A stretch of 64,000 nucleotides of DNA from an uncultured Phycisphaerales bacterium (GCA_963758525.1 CAVWVQ010000003.1:64001-128000); one strand, 5' to 3'. Positions 41,306 through 55,445 are shown, numbered from the stretch's first letter. Program-made: numbers and translations. The notes: generated from the sequence alone by a model not told the origin.

Positions 41306-41797
41306 TTATAACCCCGGACGCAACATCTCGCTTGCCGCACGCGTTGCATTGTCGTCAACGAGAGTAGCGACAAACTCGCGGTGACGCTCGGGCGAAACAC
41401 GGATGTACTTTCCCGTGGCAAGTGTGGTGGTCTGGCCGCTGGCATCGCGGATCACGCCCTCGCATTGCATCACCTTTCGATCGGACGTCAGTCGCGCTTC
41501 GATATAGAGCGGCTGATTCACTGCCGCGATGCGGAGATAGCGAACGGTCATCTCCGCGCAGACGCAGAAGCGCCGCCCGCTCCAGGTGGCGGCCCACACC
41601 ATCGCTTCGTCGAGGACGGTGGCGAGCACGCCGCCGTGAACGATCCCCTCGAAGCCGATGTGATGTGCGGCTGGCGCGAACTCCGTGGACACGACACCGG
41701 TTGCGGGATCAACGTGCAGATCCAGGTGCAAGCCGTGCGGATTGTCGCGGCCGCAGACCAGGCAGCCGAGCGTGTGGGGAAGCTGGGTGTTGGACAT
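41306..41797 (-). CDS. PaaI family thioesterase
   Basis: CLVCGRDNPHGL, HGGVLATVLDEAM. Confidence 0.88.
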   Translation of the reverse strand: MSNTQLPHTLGCLVCGRDNPHGLHLDLHVDPATGVVSTEFAPAAHHIGFEGIVHGGVLATVLDEAMVWAATWSGRRFCVCAEMTVRYLRIAAVNQPLYIEARLTSDRKVMQCEGVIRDASGQTTTLATGKYIRVSPERHREFVATLVDDNATRAASEMLRPGL

Positions 41798-41835
41798 TGG
41801 GGGGATTGTAGCGAGCGGAGGGCCGGGCGGGACCG

Positions 41836-42154
41836 TGGTGATTGGGGGTGCTGGTGATTGGTGGCGCTGGTGATTGGTGATTGGAACGTGACGAGGGCGG
41901 AAACGTGAAGACGTGAAACGTGACAAAGCCTCGCCTTCGGTTCCCGATCATGTCTTCGCGCGCCCGCCGTCACATTCCGATTGGTGATTGGTGATTGGAA
42001 CGTGACGAAAGCGGGAACCTGAAGACGTGATCGGGAACTGACACCGAGGCTTTGTCACGTTTCACGTCTTCACGTTTCACGTCTTCACGTCTTCAGACTT
42101 CACGTTTCACGTCTTCACGTTCCGGCCTTCGTCACGTTCCAATCACCAATCACC
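41836..42154. repeat. Gene-less copies of the 24-bp IR (41869-41892, 41983-42006, reverse 42131-42154) with TTCACGT arrays
   Basis: Exact match to the IRs flanking the four-helix-bundle gene. Confidence 0.9.
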
Positions 42155-42190
42155 CGCCCCACCAATCGCCCGCGCCATCCGCGCGACCGT

Positions 42191-42784
42191 TCACGCCAGC
42201 GCCTTGAGCAGAACCCGCGCGACGCGGGTGAGCCCGCTCTTGGCGTTGGCGATGAACTGCTGGAAGATCTTGTTGGTGACGGCCATGAACTCTTCCATAT
42301 GCTCAAGCCGCTGGCGGGTGAGTTGCACGGCTTCCGACTTTGCTTCCGTTTTGCCCAGTGCTGACTCATCGAGCATCCGCTGACACTGCTTGATCGTCTC
42401 CAGGACCGGATCCATCTCGCGTCGCTTCCGCTCGGCAGCGATGATCGAAAACATTTCCCACACGTCAGTGAGACTCTCGAAATATTCGCGGCGCTCGCCA
42501 CGCTTGTGCAGGCGGTGAATGATGCCCCAGTCGCACAGCGCCCGCAGGCTCATGCTGGCGTTGCCGCGGCTGATGTTCAGCCGCTCCATCACGTCGTCGG
42601 TGCATTGCGGCTGGCCCGTGATGTAGAGGAAGGCGTGAATCTCCCCCATCGTGCGATTGATTCCCCACGTCTGCCCCATTTCTCCCCACCGGCGGATAAA
42701 CAGGTCCTGCGAGATTCGCAGTTGCTGCTGAGCGGCCGGGAGAACCGTGGCTGCTGGACGCGGAACGTCGAGAACGGTGGACAT
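42191..42784 (-). CDS. GbsR/MarR family transcriptional regulator
   Basis: WGEMGQTWGINRTMGEIHAFLY, ISRGNASMSLRAL..WG, GERREYF. Confidence 0.9.
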   Translation of the reverse strand: MSTVLDVPRPAATVLPAAQQQLRISQDLFIRRWGEMGQTWGINRTMGEIHAFLYITGQPQCTDDVMERLNISRGNASMSLRALCDWGIIHRLHKRGERREYFESLTDVWEMFSIIAAERKRREMDPVLETIKQCQRMLDESALGKTEAKSEAVQLTRQRLEHMEEFMAVTNKIFQQFIANAKSGLTRVARVLLKALA

Positions 42785-42798
42785 GTCAGCTCCTTGTG

Positions 42799-42865
42799 GT
42801 TTCAAAACTTATTGAAACTCTAGCGGAAACCTGGAGGCATGTGAAATATTTCACAGAATTTGAAA
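42799..42865. promoter_or_regulatory. Putative operator palindromes upstream of the GbsR-like regulator
   Basis: GTTTCAA-N6-TTGAAAC (42799-42818); GTGAAATATTTCAC (42841-42854). Confidence 0.55.
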
Positions 42866-43002
42866 GTCGTGGCCTGAATTGCCCGAACTGGCGGTTTGAA
42901 GCAAAAAAACCCTGAAGATCATCCGTTGACGACCGGCAAATTCAGGGAATAGGTTGATTGCAGAATCGTGGCGAAGCAACGCGTCTGACGCGGTATCAGT
43001 TC

Positions 43003-44259
43003 ATGGATCCAATGATCAAGGAGAGATCGACCGGTGCTTCACTCGCTCCCCCAGAGCGGGAGCGGGCCAGTCCGCCTGCTGCTTCGGCCCAGGAACCAGG
43101 TAAGGCAGCGACATCAAAGCCCGGCCGGCGCAAGCGGCGACCCTGGTGGCGAATCGCGGCCATCACAGTGCTCGTCCTGGGATTGTTGATCGCCTGCGTC
43201 CGTCCGATGCTTCCGTGGTGCGTGCGGTGGTATGTCAATCGAACCTTGGATCGAAATCTGTTGTATGAGGGCCGAATCGGCGATGTAACGCTGCATCTGT
43301 GGCGCGGGGCATATTCAATCTCGGACGTCCGTCTGATCAAGAGAACCGGCGATGTGCCGACGCCCTTTTTCCAGGCCAAGCAGATCGAGCTCGCGATTCA
43401 ATGGAACGGCGTGCTGCGTCGCAAAGTCGTCGGCCAACTGGTGATGGACCAGCCGGAACTGAACTTCGTTGACTCATCCGACGATTCCGAATCTCAGACC
43501 GGCGCCGGTGGCCCGTGGCTGCGGACGCTGGCGGATCTGTTTCCATTCAAGCTGAACAGCGTGCAGATTCGCAACGGGTCGGTTCATTTTCGAAGCTACA
43601 AAAGGGAGAAGCCAGTCGATGTGTACCTGAGCGACTTGGACGCCTCGGTCGACGACCTGACCAATATTGAGGACAAGACGACGCCGTTGCTGACGACCGT
43701 CAAGGCAACCGCCAAAGCGATGGATCAGGCAAAATTCGAGCTGCACATGACACTCGATCCATTCTCCTACCGCCCTACGTTTAAGCTGGCAGTCCGCCTG
43801 ATCGGGCTCGACGTTACCAAGATCAACGATCTGGCACGCACCTACGGGCAATTCGATTTCAAACGCGGCTGGTTTGATCTGGTGATTCAAGCAGATGCCA
43901 GCGAAGGACAAATCAACGGCTACGTGAAACCGCTCTTTCGCGATCTGAAAGTATTCGATCTGGTCAACGATCTGAAGACCGACAATAATCCACTGCAATT
44001 TTTCTGGCAGGCGCTGCTGGGGGTTGCCACGCGATTGCTGAGCAACCAGTCGCGCGATCAATTCGGAACCTTCATTCCCTTCACCGGTGACCTGACGCAG
44101 CCGGACACCGATATCCTGTCGGCCGTGGGAAACGTGCTGCGCAATGCCTTTGTGCGCGCATATCTCCCCCGCTTCGAAAATGGCTCGGATCGTCCGGACG
44201 GAATGCAATTCGGGGCCCCATCGATTACGGACCCGATTTCGATTGGAGACAACCCATGA
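43003..44259 (+). CDS. DUF748 (AsmA-like) protein
   Basis: N-terminal TM, then Y.G.IGDVTLHLWRGAY, GYVKPLF, LRNAFVRAY. Confidence 0.75.
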   Translation: MDPMIKERSTGASLAPPERERASPPAASAQEPGKAATSKPGRRKRRPWWRIAAITVLVLGLLIACVRPMLPWCVRWYVNRTLDRNLLYEGRIGDVTLHLWRGAYSISDVRLIKRTGDVPTPFFQAKQIELAIQWNGVLRRKVVGQLVMDQPELNFVDSSDDSESQTGAGGPWLRTLADLFPFKLNSVQIRNGSVHFRSYKREKPVDVYLSDLDASVDDLTNIEDKTTPLLTTVKATAKAMDQAKFELHMTLDPFSYRPTFKLAVRLIGLDVTKINDLARTYGQFDFKRGWFDLVIQADASEGQINGYVKPLFRDLKVFDLVNDLKTDNNPLQFFWQALLGVATRLLSNQSRDQFGTFIPFTGDLTQPDTDILSAVGNVLRNAFVRAYLPRFENGSDRPDGMQFGAPSITDPISIGDNP

Positions 44260-44864
44260 AACTGATGATCCTGATTCCGCTCATTCTGCTCTGCGGCTGC
44301 GGCGGAACTCAAAAGCAGAACAAGGACTTCTACACCTCCGGCAACCGTGCAGCGGATGAACGGGCCGATCAGCGGATGGCGCAGTCCGAGCAATTGACAG
44401 GAGAAGGGGAAGGCGCGGGAGACAAGCCGGCGCGAACTGATACGAAGCGATCGCTGTACGACCGTCTGGGAGGCGATCAGGGCCTTGCGGCAATTTCCGA
44501 TGATTTTGTGAACCGCGCGATGGCCGACCCCCGGGTGAATTGGCAGCGAAAAGGGGTGATTCAGGGCGGATTCAGCATCCATCACGACCGATCTATGGAA
44601 TGGGATCCCAACGCCGATCAGATCAAAGCGCTTAAGGCCCATCTGACGCAGTTTCTGGCTCTCTCCACTGGCGGCCCGACGAAGTATGACGGGAAGGAGA
44701 TGAAGTCGGCACATGCCGGGCTGCATATCACCAATGACGAGTTCGACGCCAGCGTCGGCGATCTCAAGGCGACCCTCGACAAGATGAAAGTCGCGAATAC
44801 GGAACAGAAAGAACTGCTGGCGGTCATCGAAACCACGCGGGCCGAAATTGTGGAAGAGCGGTGA
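44256..44864 (+). CDS. Lipoprotein with group I truncated hemoglobin domain
   Basis: Lipobox LCGC; SLYDRLGG, TGGP.KY.GKEMKSAHAGLHITNDEFDA. Confidence 0.88.
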   Translation: MKLMILIPLILLCGCGGTQKQNKDFYTSGNRAADERADQRMAQSEQLTGEGEGAGDKPARTDTKRSLYDRLGGDQGLAAISDDFVNRAMADPRVNWQRKGVIQGGFSIHHDRSMEWDPNADQIKALKAHLTQFLALSTGGPTKYDGKEMKSAHAGLHITNDEFDASVGDLKATLDKMKVANTEQKELLAVIETTRAEIVEER

Positions 44865-45046
44865 ACCCGACGAGGATTCATGGTGGGTGCTTGCAGCGGC
44901 CGCGCATCCGTCACATTTCGCCCGATTTGTCAAAAAATGTCGGTGAAGCTGACACGAAAGCCGCGGAATAGGGATCGCACCGATTTGAGCGACCCGGGCA
45001 TTTTGCTATTGTTCCCCCTCGTCGGGCGCCGCCCAGAGGAATTCAC

Positions 45047-45175
45047 ATGCCCCCCTACCAGTACCCGGACATGCCCCCCTATCGTCGCCGCCGATTCCGG
45101 ATGCCGTGGTTCGTAGTGGCGTGCACGGCCGCCGCTAGCTGGGTCGCGATTCTGTTCCTGCATTATCGGGCATAG
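45047..45175 (+). CDS. 42-aa small membrane peptide (below the ORF-track cutoff)
   Basis: AGAGGA RBS; MPPYQYPDMPPYRRRRFRMPWFVVACTAAASWVAILFLHYRA. Confidence 0.45.
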   Translation: MPPYQYPDMPPYRRRRFRMPWFVVACTAAASWVAILFLHYRA

Positions 45176-45257
45176 CCGTGGCGCATCCCCTATTTCTGAT
45201 CCGCGCCACCACCTGTTTAATCTCCGCGCAATTTTTCTGGCAGGAAATATCAAGAGC

Positions 45258-45420
45258 CGCGGAGACGCGAAGCAGCGAAGACAGAAGCGAAGGGAAAAAG
45301 GCTCAGAATATAGTGAAACAGCAACCAGCCTAACCTTGTGCGTCCCCCCAAACTTCTGCGCTACATATTTTGCTCCCCCCGCTTCGCTTCTGTCTTCGCG
45401 CCTTTGCGCCTTCGCGGCTC
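45258..45420. repeat. Inverted pair of CGCGAAG/CGCAAAG-type short repeats
   Basis: gagccgcggagacgcgaagcagcgaagac ... gtcttcgcgcctttgcgccttcgcggctc. Confidence 0.65.
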
Positions 45421-45704
45421 TTTCGTGTGGTTGTTCGCAACCCGTTATCAGATAACTGTTTGGATCCTGCTGTAGTTCCGCTTCTCCTCTCTTGGCGTCC
45501 GCGAAGACGCAAAGCGACGGCTTGGCCCAGCCGGCTGCGACGAACAGCTTGTTCTGCATCGCATTCCGAGGGGCATCGATTGGTCGCTCGGAACGGTCGA
45601 TGAGCAACATATCGGACATATCCTTGTGAACCCGGGCAATAAAGCCGAAGAGCCGACGTTGATATGATCGGAGCTGTTCACCCCAATTGACTCACGGTTG
45701 CTGC

Positions 45705-48137
<2,433 letters not shown>

Positions 48138-48147
48138 GAGGTTTCCC

Positions 48148-49515
48148 ATGCAATTGCCGCAAATTCCCGCATTTTCCCGCCGTCAGATGCTGCTGAGCGG
48201 CGCCTGTGGGTTCGGATATCTCGCATTGGCCGGGCTGTGCGCCAAGGCTGCGGAAGCCGATGGCGGTTCCTTCGTGAATCCTGTCGCGCCCAAGCCGCCG
48301 CAATTTCCTGCCAAGGCAAAGCGCGTCATCTTCCTGTTTATGCAAGGCGCACCTTCGCACGTTGATACGTTTGACTACAAGCCGAAGCTCACCGCCGATA
48401 CCGGCAAGCCCGGTTTGAAGGGGACGCTGCTCGGATCGCAGTGGAAATTTAACCGTTCCGGCAAGAGCGGCCTGTATATCTCCGAGCTGTTCCCGGACAT
48501 CGCGCGTCATGCCGACGACATGTGCATTCTCAACGGCATGTACACCGACAACCCCGCCCACCCCCAGGCGACGATCCAACTGCACACCGGCACCGCCCGT
48601 TTCGTGCGCCCATCCATGGGCGCATGGGTTCTCTACGGACTTGGCACCGTCAATCAAAACTTGCCGGGCTTCATCACAATCAACCCCCCGCCGGGCGTCG
48701 GCGGGGCGCAGAACTACGGCAGCGGGTTTCTGCCGGCCGCGTTCGAAGGAACCCGCGTCTCCGGCGACGGCTCGCTCATTCCCAACGTCACCAGCAGGGT
48801 TCCCGCTTCCATGCAGCGCAAGCAGCTCGACCTCATCCAGGCAATGAATCACGACATGCTCAAGCGCTCCGGCGATAACGCTCAAATCGAAGGCGTCATC
48901 GCCTCCTACGAGCTCGGCTTCCGCATGCAGACAACCGTGCCGACGGTGATGGACACCAACAAGGAATCGCAGACAACGCTCGACATGTACGGCATCGGCG
49001 AAGGCAAGCCGACCAACACCTTCGGCCGCCAGTGTCTGCTGGCCCGTCGCTTTGCCGAATCCGGCGTCCGCTTCATCGAAGTCGCCCACACCGGCTGGGA
49101 TCAGCACAACCAGCTTCGCGAGAAGCATGCGGCCAACGCGCTGGCCGTCGATCAGCCGATCGCTGCGCTGCTGACCGATTTGAAGCAGCGGCGCATGCTG
49201 GATGACACGCTGGTCATTTGGGGCGGAGAATTTGGACGCACGCCATACGCCCAGAACGGCGACGGCCGCGATCACAACAACAAAGGCTACAGCATGTGGA
49301 TGGCCGGCGGCGGCGTGAGGGGCGGCATGAACTACGGCGCCACCGACGACTACGGCTATCGAGCCGTCACCAATCCGACGCACATTCACGATCTGCACGC
49401 CACGATTCTCGCCCTCATGGGTCTCGATCACGAGAAGCTGACATACCGCTACGCCGGCAGAGACTTCCGGCTGACGGACGTCGCGGGGATTGTGCAGAAG
49501 CCGATTATTGCTTGA
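48148..49515 (+). CDS. DUF1501 protein (Tat-exported)
   Basis: SRRQML, KAKRVIFLFMQGAPSHVDTFDYKP, WGGEFGRTP, RDFRLTDV. Confidence 0.95.
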   Translation: MQLPQIPAFSRRQMLLSGACGFGYLALAGLCAKAAEADGGSFVNPVAPKPPQFPAKAKRVIFLFMQGAPSHVDTFDYKPKLTADTGKPGLKGTLLGSQWKFNRSGKSGLYISELFPDIARHADDMCILNGMYTDNPAHPQATIQLHTGTARFVRPSMGAWVLYGLGTVNQNLPGFITINPPPGVGGAQNYGSGFLPAAFEGTRVSGDGSLIPNVTSRVPASMQRKQLDLIQAMNHDMLKRSGDNAQIEGVIASYELGFRMQTTVPTVMDTNKESQTTLDMYGIGEGKPTNTFGRQCLLARRFAESGVRFIEVAHTGWDQHNQLREKHAANALAVDQPIAALLTDLKQRRMLDDTLVIWGGEFGRTPYAQNGDGRDHNNKGYSMWMAGGGVRGGMNYGATDDYGYRAVTNPTHIHDLHATILALMGLDHEKLTYRYAGRDFRLTDVAGIVQKPIIA

Positions 49516-49555
49516 GTCCTAACGCCGATTGCCGTGGCCACGCTATAATTCGTTC

Positions 49556-49762
49556 ATGACTGTTCTACGGGCCCATTTCGACGGGAAGGTTTTCGTGCCG
49601 GACGAGCCGCTGAACCTGCGACCGGGAAATGTCACATTGCAGGTGATCGACTTTGACATGGATACCCAACCGCTGACGGATTTACCGATCCTTCGCGTGC
49701 CAGCCGGGGCCAGAACGATTACATCTGAAGACGTGCGGCGTGCGATGGAAGAGGAAGACTGA
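49556..49762 (+). CDS. Putative antitoxin
   Basis: LRAHFDGKVFVPDEPL; coupled to a PIN gene; TATAAT 6 nt upstream. Confidence 0.65.
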   Translation: MTVLRAHFDGKVFVPDEPLNLRPGNVTLQVIDFDMDTQPLTDLPILRVPAGARTITSEDVRRAMEEED

Positions 49763-49947
49763 TGCCGGTGCACCTGCTCGACGCCAACGTCTTGATCGCC
49801 CTCGGCTGGCCCAATCACAAGCATCGCGCATCCGCACACCGGTGGTTTTCATCGATCGACGCCCGCGGTTGGGCCACGTGCCCGTTCGACAGCGCCATCA
49901 GCGCGATCATCGCCGATCCCAAGCTCGTGACGAACATCCGGGCCTAA
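49762..49947 (+). pseudogene. Truncated VapC PIN toxin
   Basis: LLDANVLIALGWPNH.H...A..WF...WATCP, after which similarity stops and the ORF ends at 61 aa. Confidence 0.7.
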
Positions 49948-50054
49948 GCGACGACCATCGTTCACCGCGACCGCAGCTCCGGACCCTACCCTGACTGCCG
50001 TCCAAGCCGGTCCGACCGCACCGACCCCGGCGACCCGGATGCGCAGTGTATTCT

Positions 50055-51065
50055 TCACTGCGACGGCCATTCCCATTTTTTCAGGTCGTCGCTCCAGGCG
50101 ATGCCGATGCTGGCGAAACTGTCGAAACCCCCGCGCGGGTCCGACTCCTTGAAGTCGGAGCCGTGGAAGAACATGAGATATTTTCCGACGCCCCTGATCT
50201 TTCGGCCGTCGAGGACGAAGCCGGCGGTGAGACGGCCCGCGGTCCAGGGCCATTGCTTCTGTCCCAGGGTGATGATGCCGCAATCTCGCCAGGTCTTCAG
50301 GTCGGCCGATCGCTTGATACCGATCCCATTGTTGGGGGAATAGAAGAGCACGTATTCATCACCATCGACGATCACGCACGGGTTTTCGCCGGCGCGCACG
50401 GAGCCAGCGAAGTTCCAGGTCTTCAGGTCGTTCGACCAGGAATAGCTGATGCCGTTCTGTTTGAAGAAGCACCACCACTTCGTGGGATCGTCCTTATCCT
50501 GCAGCAAAAACGGGTCGATCATGCGCCCCATCTTCTCGACCGGGACGTGCGGTCCCTTCACGGCCAGCAGCTCGGCTGGTCCCCAATTTTCCAGGTCGCT
50601 GCTGCGCATGATCCAGAGGCGCGACAATTCGTTCCCGAACCTCTCGCCGTTGGGACGGGGATACGTTTGCAGGCAGATCACCCACTGATCACCAAAACGG
50701 ACGACATCGCCGGGACTGGAATAGTTCAGCGACCGGTCGCGCGGAGTGAAAATCTTCGGCGGCGTCCAATTTACGAGATCGCGGCTTTTGGTCCAGGCGG
50801 TGCGCTGGAACACCTTGCCATCGGGCTCAATCTTGTTCAGCGAAATGTACAGGTAGAACCATCCATCATGGTAGATCACTGCCGGATCGCGGTAGGCGGT
50901 GGTCGCATCGCCGCGGAAGAGGATCGGAGAACGCAGGGCAGCAAGGTCGGGCGTTGCGGTTGACTCTGTTGCGTCGGGTGCGGCCGGCGACGCGGCAAGG
51001 GCCAACGGCGAGCCAACAATGCACAACACTACACCGATGACAATGGCTTGAATAACCCGCGTCAT
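50055..51065 (-). CDS. Secreted five-bladed beta-propeller glycoside hydrolase-like protein (GH32/43/130 clan-like)
   Basis: Signal peptide; AYRDP, SRDLVNW, SSDLENW, RMIDP, GENP, SADLKTW, SDDLKKW repeats. Confidence 0.7.
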   Translation of the reverse strand: MTRVIQAIVIGVVLCIVGSPLALAASPAAPDATESTATPDLAALRSPILFRGDATTAYRDPAVIYHDGWFYLYISLNKIEPDGKVFQRTAWTKSRDLVNWTPPKIFTPRDRSLNYSSPGDVVRFGDQWVICLQTYPRPNGERFGNELSRLWIMRSSDLENWGPAELLAVKGPHVPVEKMGRMIDPFLLQDKDDPTKWWCFFKQNGISYSWSNDLKTWNFAGSVRAGENPCVIVDGDEYVLFYSPNNGIGIKRSADLKTWRDCGIITLGQKQWPWTAGRLTAGFVLDGRKIRGVGKYLMFFHGSDFKESDPRGGFDSFASIGIAWSDDLKKWEWPSQ

Positions 51066-51100
51066 GTGAGACATTCTAATCACTGTTCAGGTCGGTTACA

Positions 51101-54100
51101 GTGCCCCAACACTTGGAACCCTCGATAGCTGAAACCGCCCCGCCGCCTGATCCGGGCGAAACCATCGCATCGGTGGATTCGCCGCCCACGGCGCCAAGTC
51201 TTCTGCTGCCTTCGCGGAGCTATATCGTCGGCCGGGAGATCGCCCATGGCGGGATGGGGTCGGTTCTTCACGCTCAGGACTGCAAGCTCGGACGCGACGT
51301 GGCGATGAAGGTGATGCGGCTTTCGTCTGCCGCCTCGGAAGAGGCGCGATCGCGGTTTATCCGCGAGGCGACCGTGCTGGCGCGGCTGGAGCATCCCAAC
51401 ATTGTCCCGATCCACGAGCTGGGATGGGACGCGGAAAACCGGCTTTATTACACGATGAAGCTGGTGCAGGGCCGCACACTCCAGGCCGTCCTCAATGGGC
51501 TGCGAAATCGCGATGCGGATTTCATCAGCTACTACACACTCGATCGCCTGCTGACGATCTTCCGCAAGATCTGTGATGCCATGTCGATGGCTCATGCCAG
51601 AGGCGTCATCCATCGCGATCTCAAGCCCGACAACATCATGGTGGGTGAGTTTGGCGAAGTGCTGGTGATGGATTGGGGATTGGCAAAGATCCAGGCAGAC
51701 GCCCGGCAAGTCGCCGAAGAAGCGGCGCTCAAGGCGGACGCGGGATCAGCCGAGCGATTCCGGGAATTGGCTGATTCAGAACTGAGCAAATCCGCCGGTC
51801 TGACCCTCGACGGCGCGGTGATGGGCACCCCGCTCTATATGTCGCCCGAGCAGGCCAGCGGGCACCTCGCGGAGATCGACCAGCAGTCGGATATTTTCTC
51901 ACTCGGCGGAATTCTCTATGCGCTGCTGACGCTGCATGCGCCGGTGGATGGGAAGACGGCTGATGAAATCATGAGCCGGATCAAGGGCGGTCAGATTCTT
52001 CCGCCGACGGTTTACAACGTCACGACCAAGTCGGGCACAAGCGGTAGAGAAAAGGACGCAAAGGCGGCTGATCCAAAGAAGTTCCAGCCTCTGCCTCATT
52101 GTCCGCATGGGAAAGTGCCCTCGGCCCTTTCAGCGGTGACCATGCGGGCGCTGTCGGTGGACAAGTCCAGGCGCTACAAGGCGGTCGCCGAACTGGCGGC
52201 TGACGTCGAATCGTACCAGGGCGGATTCGCCACCAGCGCCGAGCGCGCCGGGTTGCTCACGCAACTGCGCCTGCTGATTCAGAGGCACAAGCGCGAGTTT
52301 GGCGTTGCTTTCGCCGCATGGCTGGTTATCACCGCACTGGCGGTCTGGTTTGTGATCAATCTTCGCGCCAGTGAGCGCGAGACGCGCCGCCAGGCCGACA
52401 TCGCCCGGCAGAACGAGTTGCAGGCGGTTGCAGAAACGGCCCGTGCGACGGGTGCCGAAAAGCAAGCCAGGGATGAGGCCACCCGCGCCACGGCGGCCGA
52501 GCACAGCGCAAAAATATCCGAAGCTGTTGCCGTGCAGGAGCGGGAATCGGCCCGGCAGTCACTGGCGAAGTCAGCGCTATCGCTCGCCGAGGCAGCGCGG
52601 CGGGATGGAAATGGCCCGGAGATGCAAGCCGCACTGGCCGACGTGCCGGAAGATCTGCGGGACTCCACCTGGCGATATCTGCTGTCGCAATCCGACACGT
52701 CGATCGGCGTTGTCCACAGCAGCGGCCCGACGGTCACTATAGAAAACGCCGCCGCCGTCCCGCGACGCCCCAGCGTCTTCGTTATCATTGAAAGTAACAA
52801 TCATGTCTCAATGGTGAACGTGCATACCGCAGAGCGTCTGCTGGAGTTTGAGACTCCCGTCAAGCGTGGAGGCTACGACCGCGACATCGCCGTATCGGCC
52901 GATGGCCGGTTCATCGCCATCACCCGTCACTCGGAGAAAGATTCCCAGATCGTCATTCACAGGCGCAGGATGGGAAGATCTTGCAGCGGTGGATGGCGCC
53001 TCTTTCCACCGGACGACTGGAGCTCAGTCCGGACGGCAAGTACCTGATTCAAGAGGAAAGAGGTCGGAAACATCTGAGCGTTTGGAACGCCTCCGAAGCA
53101 AAACTGGCGTGGGAATACGCGCCGGCTCAAGATCCGAACAGTGTCTTCGCGACATTCATGTCCGATGGCACGCACGTCATCACCCACGGGCACGGCGATG
53201 GGTTTCGCGTGGTCGACATCGACGATGGCACCGTCGTCCGCAGCTTCAACAGTCGATTAGATCCGAAAAGCACGTTAGCTCTTTCAGACAATCTCTTTCT
53301 GGCCAGCGAAGCTGGATATGGTCGCGTCACGCTGTTCGACCCGGGCGGCAAGGTGATTTGCGACTTGCGGGCTGGCACCAACAGCCTGAATTATCTGGGC
53401 TTCGCCCCCGGTGGCGAACAATTGGTGACCGCGGTCGGACTCCTTGATGGCCGCCAGGAAATTTCCGTTTGGCGCACCGCCACCGGTGATCGAATCGGCT
53501 CCCTGTTTGGCGGCAGCGGTGAGCTTCGGCACGCGGCCATTCACCCACTCACCGGCGAGCTGGTGATTGTCGGGCCTGCAACTCGCGTCTGGAGCCTCAC
53601 CGGGAAACCGGCAACCTGGAATTTTGCCTCTGGCAAATGGGGACTCCGCCCGACCTTCTGCGGATCAGATGACCTGCTCTTTGTCAGCCGCGGCTCTGAG
53701 CGCCCTGGATTAATTCAACTCCAGCCCAACAGCTCGGTGCCGCTTTGGACGCCTGATGGGCCTCCCGTCAACAGAACCGAGGTGAGCGGGGACGGAAAGG
53801 TTGCCATCTTATTTAATGACACCTCAGTTAAAGAGGCGCTGAATTTTGAGGTTCTGCACAGCCTGGGTCCCAGCCCGCAAATCGTCCGAACCGGCAAGCT
53901 GACGCGTGGCTATGACTTCATGCGCCTCAGTCGCAACGGCAGTCGCGCGTTGGCGCACGACCGGCGCAGCACCATGATTGACCTGATTAATTCCGAAACT
54001 GGAGACGTGCAGATCAAGTTAAACGGCACGGGCGTGAAGCGCTGGCGAGATGCGGGCTGGGTTGACGGCGAGCAAGAGGTTGTCGGCCTGGTGACAGCAA

Positions 54101-55113
54101 TTGCCGAGCGTGGCGACCCGGTTTCAGAAGAACGGATCGTCCTTTGGGATGCCGCCACCGGCAACGTCATCAAGTTCGTGAAAAACCGCACACCAATGGA
54201 TGTGCTGGCGATCGCGCCCGATGCGAAGCGGTTTGCCGAGGCCGGCACCGACAAAATAGTGCGCATCCGCGATTCCGCGACGCTGGCGGTGCTGCGCGAG
54301 TTCCGCGTCCATGATGGCCCGATTACGGCCATGGCCTGGCACCCGGGCAAACCGATTATCGCCACCGGTTCATCGGACTGCACCATCCGGCTATGGAATG
54401 TGGAGACAGGTCGAATGCTGGAAGAGTTTGGGGGTTCACTGACCGCGCCGCTTAGCCTGACGTTCAGCCCCGGCGGTCAGCGGCTTGCCTGCCTCTCGGA
54501 CCGCACGCGAATCTGGGATCCGCAATCGCTCAGCGACAAACGGGCGACGACCCAGCCGGCCGACGCCTGGGAAGACCTCATGGCAACCCTCACTCCCGAG
54601 ACCGTCGAAGGCATCGGAAATGGCTGGCGCCTCGAGGGAGGCGCACTGTTCTGCCCCGAAAAAAAACCCACCCCCCTTTCTCTGCCGGGCAGCTTTGCCG
54701 GAATCAGTTATCAGGTCCGGGTCCGGCTGATGCAGCTCGAGGCAAAAGATTCCTTCAACCTTCATCTTCCCGTCGGCAGCCGGGCGGTGAATTTCATACT
54801 CGATGGATTCCCAACCGCGGGCTATTACACCGGACTCAGTCACGTGAAAGGCAAGAATGCCGACAATCAGACCGGATCCGTACATGGAAAAATGATCAAG
54901 GACACGGAGCAGCACGAACTGGAAGCGACCGTCCGCCTATTTGGCGCCAATGCCGTCATCAGCATCACACAGGACGGCCAGTATCTCTATGAGTGGTCCG
55001 GCCCCGAATCCGCCCTGACTGACACTTTTCCTGCAACCCCCGGCGCCATAGGCGTCGGAACGCATGCCGGCGGGTGGGTGGTGTATGAGGTCAAGGCAAG
55101 ACGACAACCGTAG
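51101..55113 (+). CDS. Hanks-type Ser/Thr kinase with TM, coiled coil and WD40 repeats (frameshift near 52960)
   Basis: GGMG.V, VAMK, HPNIVPIH, HRDLKPDN, DWGLAK, GTPLYMSPEQA; later HDGPITAMAWHP...ATGSSDCTIRLWN. Confidence 0.9.
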
Positions 55114-55445
55114 CGTCAATCTTCGGCGCGTTCCGTCGAAGCAGGCGCCGAAAGGAACTCCAAGAGTGAAGCGATGCCATAACGGGACAGATCGCGACGG
55201 GTGAAGCTCTTCACTTGCAGTTCTGCCCGGTTACTAATTGTCGCGGCCGGCCGCCTTTGCTCCCTCTGCCGGTACGCCGGGAGACGGAACGTGAAGGGGG
55301 TCACCGCGACCCCCTTCCCATTTCGACCCCCTCCGCATTTCCGAGCCGTCGGCAGGCAGTGCGACGATGCCTCCCTTCTCGGGGCAGACGATGAACAGAA
55401 AGCGCATAGCGAGCCTCCGCCTGTTTCCGCAAAGGCACGAATGGA

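Noticed and set aside
41836..42154. CRISPR array from the repeated 24-mers (also considered for other tandem repeats)
   Set aside because: Copies are few, partly inverted and irregularly spaced, with no unique equal-length spacers and no cas genes.
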